Shown one piece after another: positions 9,390 to 17,778 of a DNA stretch of 64,000 nt. The notes beneath the pieces were generated by a model, which worked only from the letters and a program-made list of their open reading frames with translations, had not been told where the DNA came from and searched no databases. A program made the position numbers and the translations under genes. The number at the start of each line of letters is the position of its first letter. Within the stretch, counting starts at the first letter, position 1. The stretch lies in assembly GCA_963748815.1 (NCBI GenBank), contig CAVVKJ010000010.1, forward strand, positions 662,124 to 726,123, given 5' to 3'. The stretch is from an uncultured Gemmatimonadales bacterium. Its GTDB lineage: Bacteria; Gemmatimonadota; Gemmatimonadetes; Gemmatimonadales; GWC2-71-9.

Positions 9390-9515
9390 CAATGGCTCCG
9401 TAAGTGGTGGAAGGTGACCGAAAGATACCCATATGACGCCGGGGGAACCACCCGGCGCACACCGCGCACTCGGGGTTGCGTAAACCCTTCCCCGGTGGCA
9501 GTTTCCTCGCGCGTT

Positions 9516-9607
9516 GGAGCGGTGGCCGAGTGGCTGAAGGCATCGGTTTGCTAAACCGACATAGGGGTCTAAAGCTTCTATCGGGGGTTCGAATCCCCCC
9601 CGCTCCG
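9516..9607 (+). tRNA. tRNA-Ser (anticodon GCT)
   Basis: Acceptor GGAGCGG pairs with CCGCTCC. Anticodon loop is TT-GCT-AA. A long variable arm is present and the T arm is GGGGG-TTCGAAT-CCCCC. Confidence 0.9.
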
Positions 9608-9620
9608 TGCAGCACGAAAC

Positions 9621-9690
9621 GAGGACTGGGGACTGAGGACTGAGGGCATCCCCCTCGCCGATCTCAGTCGCCAGTCCTCCGTCCTTTTCT
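9621..9690 (+). terminator. hairpin built from GGACTGR heptamers, followed by a T-rich run (tRNA terminator or gltX leader)
   Basis: GAGGACTGGGGACTGAG (9621-9637) pairs with CTCAGTCGCCAGTCCTC (9663-9679) with one mismatch, followed by CGTCCTTTTCT. Confidence 0.4.
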
Positions 9691-9701
9691 GGTGACCCAC
9701 C

Positions 9702-11109
9702 ATGACCGCACGCGTTCGCTTCGCCCCCTCCCCCACCGGGTACCTCCACGTCGGCGGCGCCCGCACCGCCCTGTTCAACTGGCTCTACGCCCGCAAGGTG
9801 GGGGGCGTCCACATCCTCCGGATCGAGGACACCGACCGCGAACGGAGCACCGAGGCGCACACCCAGGTCATCCTCGACGGACTCCGCTGGCTGGGCGTCG
9901 AGTGGGACGAAGGCCCCTTCTTCCAGGGCTCCTACGGCACGCGGCACCGCGCCGACGCCGAACGCCTGCTGGCCGAGGGGAAGGCCTACCGCTGTTTCTG
10001 CACCTCGGACGACCTCGACGCGCAGCGGAAGGCGATGGCCGGCATGAAGGCCGCCTTTCGCTATGACGGGCGCTGCGGCCGGCTCCCGGCGGCGGAGGTC
10101 GAGGCCCGGGTCGCCGGCGGCGCGCCCAGCGCCATCCGGTTCCGGATGCCGCAGCAGGAGATCGCGTGGGACGACGCGGTCCACGGCCGGATCAGTTTCC
10201 AGGGCCACGATCTCGACGACCTGGTCATCCTGCGGAGCGACCACACCCCGATCTACAACCTGGCCGTGGTCTCCGACGACATCGAGATGCGGATTACCCA
10301 CGTCATCCGCGGCGACGACCACGTCTCCAATACCCCCAAGCAGATCGCCCTCTACCGGGCGCTCGGACACGAGCCGCCGGTCTTCGCGCACGTCCCGATG
10401 ATCCTCGGCGACGACGGGAAGAAACTGTCCAAGCGCCACGGAGCCACCGCCGTCGGCGACTACCAGGACAAGGGCATCCTCCCCGCCGCCATGCGGAACT
10501 TCCTGGCCCTCCTCGGCTGGAGTCCCGGCGGCGACCGGGAGATCATGTCCGAGGCCGAGCTGATCGAGGCGTTCTCGCTGGAGGGGATCCAGAAGAAGCC
10601 GGCGGTCTTCGACACCGCCAAGCTGGAGTGGATGAATGGCCAGTATCTCTCGCAGCGGTCGGCCGACGAACTCCTCGCCCCGACTGAGCGCGAGCTGGAG
10701 CGGATGGGCGTCGCCACGGCCGGCCGCGATCTCAAGCCGTTGATCGACTCGGTCAAGGCGCGCTCGCGCACCATCCTCAACATCGCCGAGCAGGTGGCGG
10801 TCCGGCTCGACGCCAGCCGAGTGGTGCGCGACGACAAGGGCGAGAAGCTGGCCGCCAAGCTCGGCGCCGCGTTCGGCGCCAATCTGGCGCTGGTCGCCGA
10901 GGCGCTCGAGGCCATCCCCCCCGGCGGAGTGGAACTCGGAGCGGATTCTGGCCGACGTGAAGGCGCTGGCCGAGGCACAGGGCGCCAAGCTCGGTGATTT
11001 GATGCAACCGGTGCGGGTGGTGCTGACCGGCTCGACGGTCTCGGAGCCGGTGAACGACCTGCTCGTGGTGATCGGGCGGGATGAGAGCCTGAGACGAATC
11101 CGCGGGTAA
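9702..11109 (+). CDS. gltX: glutamate--tRNA ligase with an apparent frameshift at the C7 run 10916-10922
   Basis: Contains RFAPSPTGYLHVGGARTALFNWL (HIGH) and KLSKRHG (KMSKS). The annotated frame ends at 10997 in Gly/Arg junk. The adjacent frame from 10924 reads AEWNSERILADVKALAEAQGAKLGDLMQPVRVVLTGSTVSEPVNDLLVVIGRDESLRRIRG, with a stop at 11107-11109. Confidence 0.85.
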
Positions 11110-11122
11110 GCTCCCGGAGCGC

Positions 11123-12060
11123 ATGCGCGTCGCATCGTGCAGGATGAAGTGAGCCGACGCTTGCCCTCGGCCTCGAGCGTACCAGCGCGTTGACGCGCGA
11201 GGCCGCCGCCGGCGGAGCCCGGCTCGTCGTCTTCCCCGAGACCTGGCTCCCCGGATATCCCGCCTGGCTCGACCACTGCGGCGATGCCGCCTCTGGAACC
11301 ACCCACCCACGAAGACCGTCTTCCGCCAGATGGCGGAGCAAAGCGTCGACCTCAATGGTGAATCCGGCGCGGCGCTCGCCGCCATCGCCCGCCACAGCGC
11401 CGTCACCTCGTGGTCGGGGTGACCGAGCGTGTCGCTGCGGGACCGGGCCGAGGCACACTATTCAACGCCCTCCTCACCCTTGGCCCCGACGGTTCCCTCC
11501 TCAACCATCACCGCAAGCTGGTGCCGACCTATACCGAGCGACTGGTGTGGGGGCCGGGCGACACGGCGGGGCTGCGAGCGGTCGAGACACCGGCGGGACG
11601 GGTCGGCGGACTCATCTGCTGGGAACACTGGATGCCGCTCACCCGGCAGGCGTTGCACGAATCGGGAGAGGACATTCACGTGGCGGTCTGGCCGACGGTG
11701 CACGAGATGCACCAGGTGGCCAGCCGGCACTACGCCTTCGAGGGACGCAGCTTCGTTTTGGCGGCGGGAGGGCTGATGCGGGCGTCAGCGTTGCCGGTGG
11801 AATTTGTTTCAGCCGCCGGCTCCGAGGATCCGGATGCGTGGGTCCTGCGGGGTGGGAGTGCCATCATGGCCGGATGGGGCGTACAGGCCCGGCTCGGCGG
11901 CGATCTTGACGGCTGACCTGGGCCTCGGCAGGATTCAGCAAGAATCGACGACACTGGACGCTGCCGGGCGCTACGCCCGACCGGATTGTCTCGAGGTTCG
12001 AGTGCCGCGCCTCTCCCCCGGCTCACGCCTGTGGGGCCCAGAAAGAATCCGTAGTTCTCC
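11123..12060 (+). pseudogene. nitrilase / C-N hydrolase family gene with at least 5 frame disruptions
   Basis: Family-like peptides are spread over the frames in this order: [104 protein letters not shown], then [45 protein letters not shown]. The 3' limit is approximate. Confidence 0.75.
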
Positions 12061-13169
12061 TGCGCAGCAATTTGCGATACGCCCGTCGCCACCGATGCCG
12101 GGACGAGCACATCCGGCCCGGTCTCTGCATGACCCCAGCACCAGACCTCGTCGAGAGAGCTGCGACCGCACGCAAAACCGCTCCCGACCGCCAATTGAAC
12201 GAATTTGTGCCCCCCGGCCACGAGCACCGGTGTCTCAGAGGGAGTCACGGTCCCATCACCGAGGGGGCCGGGGCCCCAGCAGGCGGCAGTGGAGTCGGTG
12301 AGGGTTCCGCAGACCCCGACGCGAAAGCCAGAGCTCCCGATGATGTAGGTGCCCTCCATGGCGAGGCTGGTGAACTGCAGCGTTGCAGAAACCTGCTGCG
12401 GCATTCCACCGACCTGCCAGCACCACGCGGTAGAATCGCTCACGGCAAGCGCACAGAAGCCTGGGCTCACCGTGGCACTCACAATTCCCCTCACGGGGGG
12501 AAGCCCGCTGACTTGCGTCGGGGCCGGCGGGACTCCGTTCGAACACCAGATGGCCGCAGAAACATCGAGTGCGCACACCGCCTCGAAGATGCTGCCAGAA
12601 GCGCTCACAGCGAGCTCGATGTAGTTCCGAGTGTCATCCACCAAGCCGGGGCTCACATTCCACCAACCAAAGTCCAGATTGTTTGACACCGGTTCGGCAT
12701 TGGCCCAGAAAGACAGTCCCCAGCAGCGGAGCTCTCCGTTCGCAAGGCCGCAGCCCATTCCGCCCGCCGCCGCCAATTGGTCCACCCGAAATGCCTCACC
12801 CGTGGACTCAAAATCAATCGGCTCGCCCTCTGGGATGCTGGCCCGGACCTGGTTCACGCCCGACGTGGCGCCGAGCGTCCACACCGCCTTCGCGTACCCG
12901 TCGGCATCCGTCGTCACGCCGGTGGGCGCGATGCTCCCCCCACCCTGCCGAATCGACCAGGTCATGGCCACGCCGGCCCTTGGCGTCCCCGACGGGTCGA
13001 CCGCCCGGACGACGAGTGTGTCAATCAACTCCCACCCGGGCGCCCCGACCATCGAGGGCGCCTGGACGATGATCAACTCGGCCGGCAACGGCTCGGTCGT
13101 CTGGTCGTCGCAGGCGACAGAGCTCAGCATCGCGATCGACATCAGCCCTGCATAACGCAGTGTGATCAC
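11730..13169 (-). CDS. lipoprotein paralog A: Ig-like domain plus RCC1-like (xCGLxxxGxxxCWG) repeats, probably 3'-truncated
   Basis: GTG start gives [19 protein letters not shown]. Repeats include LRCWG, AIWCS, AWCWQ, AACWG and VWCWG. Family similarity stops near 12024. The last ~97 codons are antisense to the nitrilase remnant. Confidence 0.65.
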   Translation of the reverse strand: MITLRYAGLMSIAMLSSVACDDQTTEPLPAELIIVQAPSMVGAPGWELIDTLVVRAVDPSGTPRAGVAMTWSIRQGGGSIAPTGVTTDADGYAKAVWTLGATSGVNQVRASIPEGEPIDFESTGEAFRVDQLAAAGGMGCGLANGELRCWGLSFWANAEPVSNNLDFGWWNVSPGLVDDTRNYIELAVSASGSIFEAVCALDVSAAIWCSNGVPPAPTQVSGLPPVRGIVSATVSPGFCALAVSDSTAWCWQVGGMPQQVSATLQFTSLAMEGTYIIGSSGFRVGVCGTLTDSTAACWGPGPLGDGTVTPSETPVLVAGGHKFVQLAVGSGFACGRSSLDEVWCWGHAETGPDVLVPASVATGVSQIAAQENYGFFLGPTGVSRGRGAALEPRDNPVGRSARQRPVSSILAESCRGPGQPSRSPPSRACTPHPAMMALPPRRTHASGSSEPAAETNSTGNADARISPPAAKTKLRPSKA

Positions 13170-13240
13170 GGAAACCCTCTCGTTGAGACCATCGTGGTCC
13201 GCGCCGTGAGCGTTTCACTTCGGACCGGCTGCACCGGCTC
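12770..13240. repeat. copy 1 of the ~1885-bp-period tandem duplication (best-conserved block)
   Basis: 13081-13240 aligns by eye with 14966-15125 (for example GCCGGCAACGGCTCGGTCGTCTGGTCGT..GCTCAGCATCGCGATC). The N-termini of paralogs A and C are highly similar over ~130 aa. Block limits are approximate. Confidence 0.6.
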
Positions 13241-14011
13241 GTAGTGGGTGACATTCAAATAAACTATGCTCGTGTTGGAAAGATCACTGCTGCAATAAAC
13301 TTCGTCATCGGCCAAGCGCACGCAGGTGAGCGAATTGTAGGCGAATCCGGCGATGGGGAGCTCCGGCAATCCCGTGGGCCCCGGCCGTACCTCTGCATTT
13401 GCCCAGAGCCAGAGCGAGTTGGCTCCGGCAAATCCGAGCACCAACGCCTTGACGCTGTACCCGGCCAGACGGGATCCGCCACCCGGCCCAAGCACCATCG
13501 TCGGAAGCCGAACATCTTGATCGCCCCAGCACCACACCTCGCCGTTGGCCTTCCTGCCACAACTGAACCCGTCCGCCACCGTCAGCTCGACGAAGCGGTG
13601 CTCGCCAGCCACATACCCCACACCGTTGTACCCCGTAATTGTGCCATCTCCCGGCGGGCCGATACCCCAACAGGCGGCGGTCGAGTCTGCTAGGAGTCCG
13701 CACGCCCGGTAATCTGGATACAGCACGGGGATTCCCACGCCGTCAGACCACGACATCCAAAGAGCGGTGAAAGCCGGCGAACCCGCGATTTGCTCCGGGG
13801 CTGACCCGTAAATCCAGCACCAGGCGGTCGAGTCGGCGACCGAGATGCCGCAGAATCGTTTGTCCCTCCCCTCACCGGGACGCATGCCGCCGACGAGCTG
13901 ACGAATCACGGGAAGGCCCGCGACGAGAGCGACGTCGGGCGCGCCTGCACTCGCGCACCAGACCGCTCCCTGTGTGTCGAGCCCGCAGGCAACGGATCCG
14001 GCAACGGCCAC
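13166..14011 (-). CDS. RCC1-like repeat paralog B (no signal peptide; begins mid-repeat)
   Basis: GTG lies 2 nt after the TAG of paralog C and gives VAVAGSVACGLDTQGAVWCAS. Contains AWCW, ACWG and VWCWG. The C-terminus [25 protein letters not shown] is shared with paralog D. GTGA overlap with paralog A. Confidence 0.6.
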   Translation of the reverse strand: MAVAGSVACGLDTQGAVWCASAGAPDVALVAGLPVIRQLVGGMRPGEGRDKRFCGISVADSTAWCWIYGSAPEQIAGSPAFTALWMSWSDGVGIPVLYPDYRACGLLADSTAACWGIGPPGDGTITGYNGVGYVAGEHRFVELTVADGFSCGRKANGEVWCWGDQDVRLPTMVLGPGGGSRLAGYSVKALVLGFAGANSLWLWANAEVRPGPTGLPELPIAGFAYNSLTCVRLADDEVYCSSDLSNTSIVYLNVTHYEPVQPVRSETLTARTTMVSTRGFP

Positions 14012-14013
14012 GC

Positions 14014-15054
14014 CTATGCCTCCTCGCCGGTGGTGCGCCCACAGCTGAACCGATCGCCGACCACCAATTCCACGAAGCGATGCCCACCGGACACCACCAC
14101 CGCACTGTCCATCCCGCTACCCACAGGGCCATCGCCTGCAGGACCAACGCCCCAGCAGACGGCTACCGAATCCGCTTGCAGGCCGCACGCCCGGTAGTCG
14201 CCATACGGAACCACCGCTGCGCCGAAGGCATTGCCACGTGACAACCATATGGCGCGAAGCGCCGGCGAGGCGATGACCTGGCTCGGCGGCGAGGCGAGCG
14301 TCCAACACCACGCTGTCGAATCAGCCGCGGCGGAACCGCAATATTGTGGCGACCGTAGGTAGGTGAATCCGAGGAGGGCCCCTGCGATTTGGCGAATGGC
14401 CGGAAGGTCTGAAATCTGAGTCGGGGTCGGCGACTGTGCGGTGGCACACCACACCATCCCTACACCGTCCAGCCCGCAGACCGAAGGTCCTGCCACCGCG
14501 AGATCAACGAAGTGATGGGTATCGTCCACCAGACCAGGGGTGAAATTCGCTCCGGCATTCGGCGCGACGGATACGGGCGAGGAGTTGCCCCAGAATGGCG
14601 CCCCCCAACACCAGAGCGCTCCTGCGCGCAGCCCGCAGGCAAACCCGTCCTCCGCGGACAGGCGGTCCACCCGAAATGCCTCGCCCGTGGACTCGAAATT
14701 CGCCTGAGCGCCCTCGAGAGTCCCGGCCCGCACCCGGTTCACGCCCGACGTACTCCCCAGCGTCCACACCGCCTTCGCCAATCCGTCCGCATCGGTCTCA
14801 TCGGTCGTTGGCGCGATGCTCCCCCCACCCTGCCGCACCACCCACGTCACCTCGACCCCCGCCCTTGGCGCCCCAGAGGGATCGACCGCGCGGACGATGA
14901 GAGTATCGATCAACTCCCAGCCAGGCGCGCCCACGGTAGAGGGGGCTTGGACGATGACCAGGTCGGCCGGCAACGGCTCGGTCGTCTGGTCGTTGCAGGC
15001 GACAGTGCTCAGCATCGCGATCAACATCAGCCCTGCGTGACGCGATGGGATCAC
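14014..15054 (-). CDS. lipoprotein paralog C: Ig-like domain plus RCC1-like repeats, ending abruptly at TAG
   Basis: GTG start gives IPSRHAGLMLIAMLSTVAC. The ORF ends SCGRTTGEEA-stop at the point where the paralogs continue GEVWCWG. Confidence 0.65.
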   Translation of the reverse strand: MIPSRHAGLMLIAMLSTVACNDQTTEPLPADLVIVQAPSTVGAPGWELIDTLIVRAVDPSGAPRAGVEVTWVVRQGGGSIAPTTDETDADGLAKAVWTLGSTSGVNRVRAGTLEGAQANFESTGEAFRVDRLSAEDGFACGLRAGALWCWGAPFWGNSSPVSVAPNAGANFTPGLVDDTHHFVDLAVAGPSVCGLDGVGMVWCATAQSPTPTQISDLPAIRQIAGALLGFTYLRSPQYCGSAAADSTAWCWTLASPPSQVIASPALRAIWLSRGNAFGAAVVPYGDYRACGLQADSVAVCWGVGPAGDGPVGSGMDSAVVVSGGHRFVELVVGDRFSCGRTTGEEA

Positions 15055-15125
15055 GGCAGACCTCTCGTTGACATCATCGTCGTCCGCGCCGTGAGTGTCT
15101 CACTTCGGACCGGCTGCACGGGGTA
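14655..15125. repeat. copy 2 of the ~1885-bp-period tandem duplication
   Basis: See 12770-13240. The start codons of paralogs A (13169) and C (15054) are exactly 1885 bp apart. Confidence 0.6.
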
Positions 15126-16037
15126 GTACGCGAGCTCGCCAACGATCGTACTGCCGCCGTCAAGCTCGTCCGAACAGTACACTTCGTTCCCGGCCATCCG
15201 GAGGCAGGTGACGGTGTTGTAGGCCATCGAAAGGACGCCGGCGTTGGGCAGCCCGGTTGGGGGGAGGAGCATCGGGGCGGTGGGTGCCCACCAGTGCTGG
15301 AACTGGCCCGGCGACAGGGCGGTGAGGACCCTGGCCTGGGATCCGCCGAGGAGCGTGGCGCCGGAACCGACCGCAGTCGGGGTCGTAGGCGTCAGGTCCG
15401 GCCCGCCCCAGCAATCCACCTCTCCCGTCGGCAATCGTCCACAGGAGAAGCGATCACCCACGGTCAGCTCCACCCAGCGGCCCCCTCCCGTCACGGCCAC
15501 CACCGAGTCGAGCCCGCCCCACAGAGATCCATTCCCAGGCTGGCCCACACCCCAGCAGTAGGCGGTCGAGTCCGCCGTAATCCCACAACCGCGATAGTCC
15601 TTGTACCGAACAGGGGCCGCACCGAACGTATTCCCATTCGCCACCCAGATCGCCGCGAAGGCCGGTGATCCCACCACCGGCTCCGGGACGGAGTCGGTGC
15701 GCCAGCACCAGGCAGTCGAATCGGAGGCCGCAAGCGCGCAGAACCGCATGCGCCCGCTGCCCCACCAATTATTGGCGCCGACCAACTGGCGGGCGGCGGG
15801 CAGGCCGCCCACCTGTTGGAGGGCGTGGGACGCTCCTGTACTACACCACACTACCTGCGCAGGATCGAGTCCACAGACTGTGGACCCCGACACCGCAATA
15901 TCCGTAAATGCGTGGAGGTCATCCACCAGCGCCGGCGATACGTTCGCAGGTGGGAAAGGTCCTTGGGATACCGGTTCCCCGTTCGCCCAGAAACCAGGTC
16001 CCCAGCACCACAGTGTCGTTCCGACCATGGGAGCCAC
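15051..16037 (-). CDS. RCC1-like repeat paralog D (no signal peptide or Ig-like domain)
   Basis: GTG start gives APMVGTTLWCWGPGFWANGEPVS, which aligns with the middle of paralogs A and C. An in-frame TGA lies 11 codons upstream. GTGA overlap with paralog C. Confidence 0.6.
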   Translation of the reverse strand: MAPMVGTTLWCWGPGFWANGEPVSQGPFPPANVSPALVDDLHAFTDIAVSGSTVCGLDPAQVVWCSTGASHALQQVGGLPAARQLVGANNWWGSGRMRFCALAASDSTAWCWRTDSVPEPVVGSPAFAAIWVANGNTFGAAPVRYKDYRGCGITADSTAYCWGVGQPGNGSLWGGLDSVVAVTGGGRWVELTVGDRFSCGRLPTGEVDCWGGPDLTPTTPTAVGSGATLLGGSQARVLTALSPGQFQHWWAPTAPMLLPPTGLPNAGVLSMAYNTVTCLRMAGNEVYCSDELDGGSTIVGELAYYPVQPVRSETLTARTTMMSTRGLP

Positions 16038-16146
16038 CCGCCAATGGATACTTACGGCGCGGGTCCGCAGAGTTCAAGGGGGCGCGGCAATAGCTCCTGT
16101 CTTGACGATGAGCCTCGATTTGGGACAGATGCCCCCCGGAGCCGCC

Positions 16147-17040
16147 ATGATCCGCCCGCCCGCACTCGTGCTGGCCCTTTCCCTCCTTGCCGCACCCGCC
16201 ATCGCCCAGGTCACCACACCGCAGGACACCACCCTCGGGGACACACTCCTCGTCGACCGGACGCTCAGCGGTGTCGCCGACTCGTTCCGCGTGAAGCTCG
16301 CGGAGGGCGGCCAGTATCGAATCCTGCTGACGCCGGGCGCCGCTACCCTGACCGCAATCAGCGCGGACAAGCGCGCTTCCTCGGCGTTTCCCGCCCGCGT
16401 CCGCGAAGGCGCCGGGGCCAACCCCACGCTCATCGAGCTCTACCCGCCACGAACCGCCGAGTACACGGTCCGGATCAGCGCGAGCGCCGGCCTGGCAGGC
16501 GGGCGCCTGCAGTTGTGGTCGGACCGCAAGCTGGCGGAGGAGAAGCAGGCGACCCAGGACCGGGCGTGGGGCGTCGGGCTGGGGTTCGCTGGCGGGTGGC
16601 ACTCCGGGTTCTACACCGGCGCGGATGACGCGAATTCGGGACAGTCGGGGGCGGTCATCGAGGGGTGCCTGCTGGTGGGAAGCAGCGGGCCGGTCAGCGG
16701 CTGCCTCGGCTTCTCGAGCATGGAACTCGGCAGCGAAGAGAACAAGCTCACCTGGTTCTTCGTCGAGCCGAGATTCCGGGTGGTCAGCATCGGCTCGCTC
16801 GGCCGGCCGCTCGACCTGATCGTCTCGGCCCGCATCGGGCAGGGCAACTCGGAGCGCGTCGGGGTGGACCCGACCATGCTGGCCCCGGGGCTGATCGTCT
16901 CCTACCACCTCGACAGCCGACCCGGCGCGCGCGGCTGGCGACTCAACTTCCAGTTCTTCTACGCCCTCCTCGGCAACGTCGACACGCCGAACAACTCCGA
17001 CTTCGCGCAGCTCACGCTGGGACTGGCGTGGATTCCGTAG
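16147..17040 (+). CDS. secreted hypothetical protein (PPC-like N-domain, Gly/aromatic-rich C-half)
   Basis: ATG at 16147 gives MIRPPALVLALSLLAAPAIAQ (signal peptide). An alternative ATG lies at 16108. The upstream part of ORF 15601..17040 is antisense to paralog D. Confidence 0.6.
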   Translation: MIRPPALVLALSLLAAPAIAQVTTPQDTTLGDTLLVDRTLSGVADSFRVKLAEGGQYRILLTPGAATLTAISADKRASSAFPARVREGAGANPTLIELYPPRTAEYTVRISASAGLAGGRLQLWSDRKLAEEKQATQDRAWGVGLGFAGGWHSGFYTGADDANSGQSGAVIEGCLLVGSSGPVSGCLGFSSMELGSEENKLTWFFVEPRFRVVSIGSLGRPLDLIVSARIGQGNSERVGVDPTMLAPGLIVSYHLDSRPGARGWRLNFQFFYALLGNVDTPNNSDFAQLTLGLAWIP

Positions 17041-17133
17041 CGCGACCGCTTGACACCCCGAATGGCAATCCCGATACTGGAAGGTGCGGTACAGGTGCGC
17101 CGCACCCCTGCCCCCTCGAGCCTCGGACCGCCG

Positions 17134-17754
17134 ATGCCGGTGCGAATCGTCCCGCCCAGCGAATCGGATACCCTCCTCGCCGTCCTCTGCGACGCCTTCT
17201 TCGATTACCCCGTCATGCGCTACGTCCTGGGCCCGGAGCCGAACTACGCGGAACGGCTCGGCACCCTGATCGGCCTCTTCGTCGCGGCCCGCGTGGCACG
17301 CGAAGACCTGATGCTCAGCCTCGACGACGACGTCGGTACCCCGGTAGCCGCCGCGTTGGTGAATCTCCCTGGGGGCAGCGTCCCCGGCCCCGCGTTCGAG
17401 TCCCTTCGGGAGAGCGTCTGGGCGGAGTTGGGGCAGGAGGAGCGACGGCGCTACGAGGCCTTCGGCGCCGCGACCCAGCCCTTTGAGATCGGGGAACCCC
17501 ACCACCACCTCGGCATGATCGGCGTGCGGACCGCCCACCAGGGCGCCGGGCATGCCCGCATCCTCCTGCAACACGTCCACGCCGTGGCCGCCGCCGACTC
17601 CGACAGCGCCGGGGTGTCGCTCACCACCGAACTGTCCCGGAACGTCGGGTTTTACGAGTACTTCGGCTACGAACTCTCCGGCTACGCGCGCGTGGCACCC
17701 GAGCTGGAAACGTGGTCGTTCTTTCGGCCGGCCACGGCGGCAGATCGACGCTGA
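17134..17754 (+). CDS. GNAT family N-acetyltransferase
   Basis: Contains GMIGVRTAHQGAGHARILLQHV (motif A, Q/RxxGxG/A) and FYEYFGYE. The start was chosen at the internal ATG at 17134. Confidence 0.7.
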   Translation: MPVRIVPPSESDTLLAVLCDAFFDYPVMRYVLGPEPNYAERLGTLIGLFVAARVAREDLMLSLDDDVGTPVAAALVNLPGGSVPGPAFESLRESVWAELGQEERRRYEAFGAATQPFEIGEPHHHLGMIGVRTAHQGAGHARILLQHVHAVAAADSDSAGVSLTTELSRNVGFYEYFGYELSGYARVAPELETWSFFRPATAADRR

Positions 17755-17778
17755 CCCTCACCCCCTCCGGAGGGACGG

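Noticed and set aside
7960-9607. Possibility that one of the tRNAs near selA is tRNA-Sec (selC)
   Set aside because: The anticodon loops read CT-TGA-AA and TT-GCT-AA, i.e. Ser isoacceptors. tRNA-Sec needs TCA and an 8/5 or 9/4 acceptor/T geometry, which is not seen.
10916-10922. Programmed ribosomal frameshift in gltX at the C7 run
   Set aside because: No precedent is known to me for GluRS. The same window shows similar breaks in unrelated genes at short C runs, which favours an error or decay explanation. It remains open as a minor possibility in the findings.
9390-11306. N-terminal ~640 codons of the 850-aa ORF 8754..11306
   Set aside because: This part is antisense to gltX and crosses tRNA-Ser(GCT). 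Only the last 211 codons, starting at the MRKFLRATG lipoprotein signal, look real.
14014-14016. TAG read-through (suppression or pyrrolysine-like) fusing paralogs C and B
   Set aside because: B is in a different reading frame from C, so read-through cannot join them. No pyl genes are evident.
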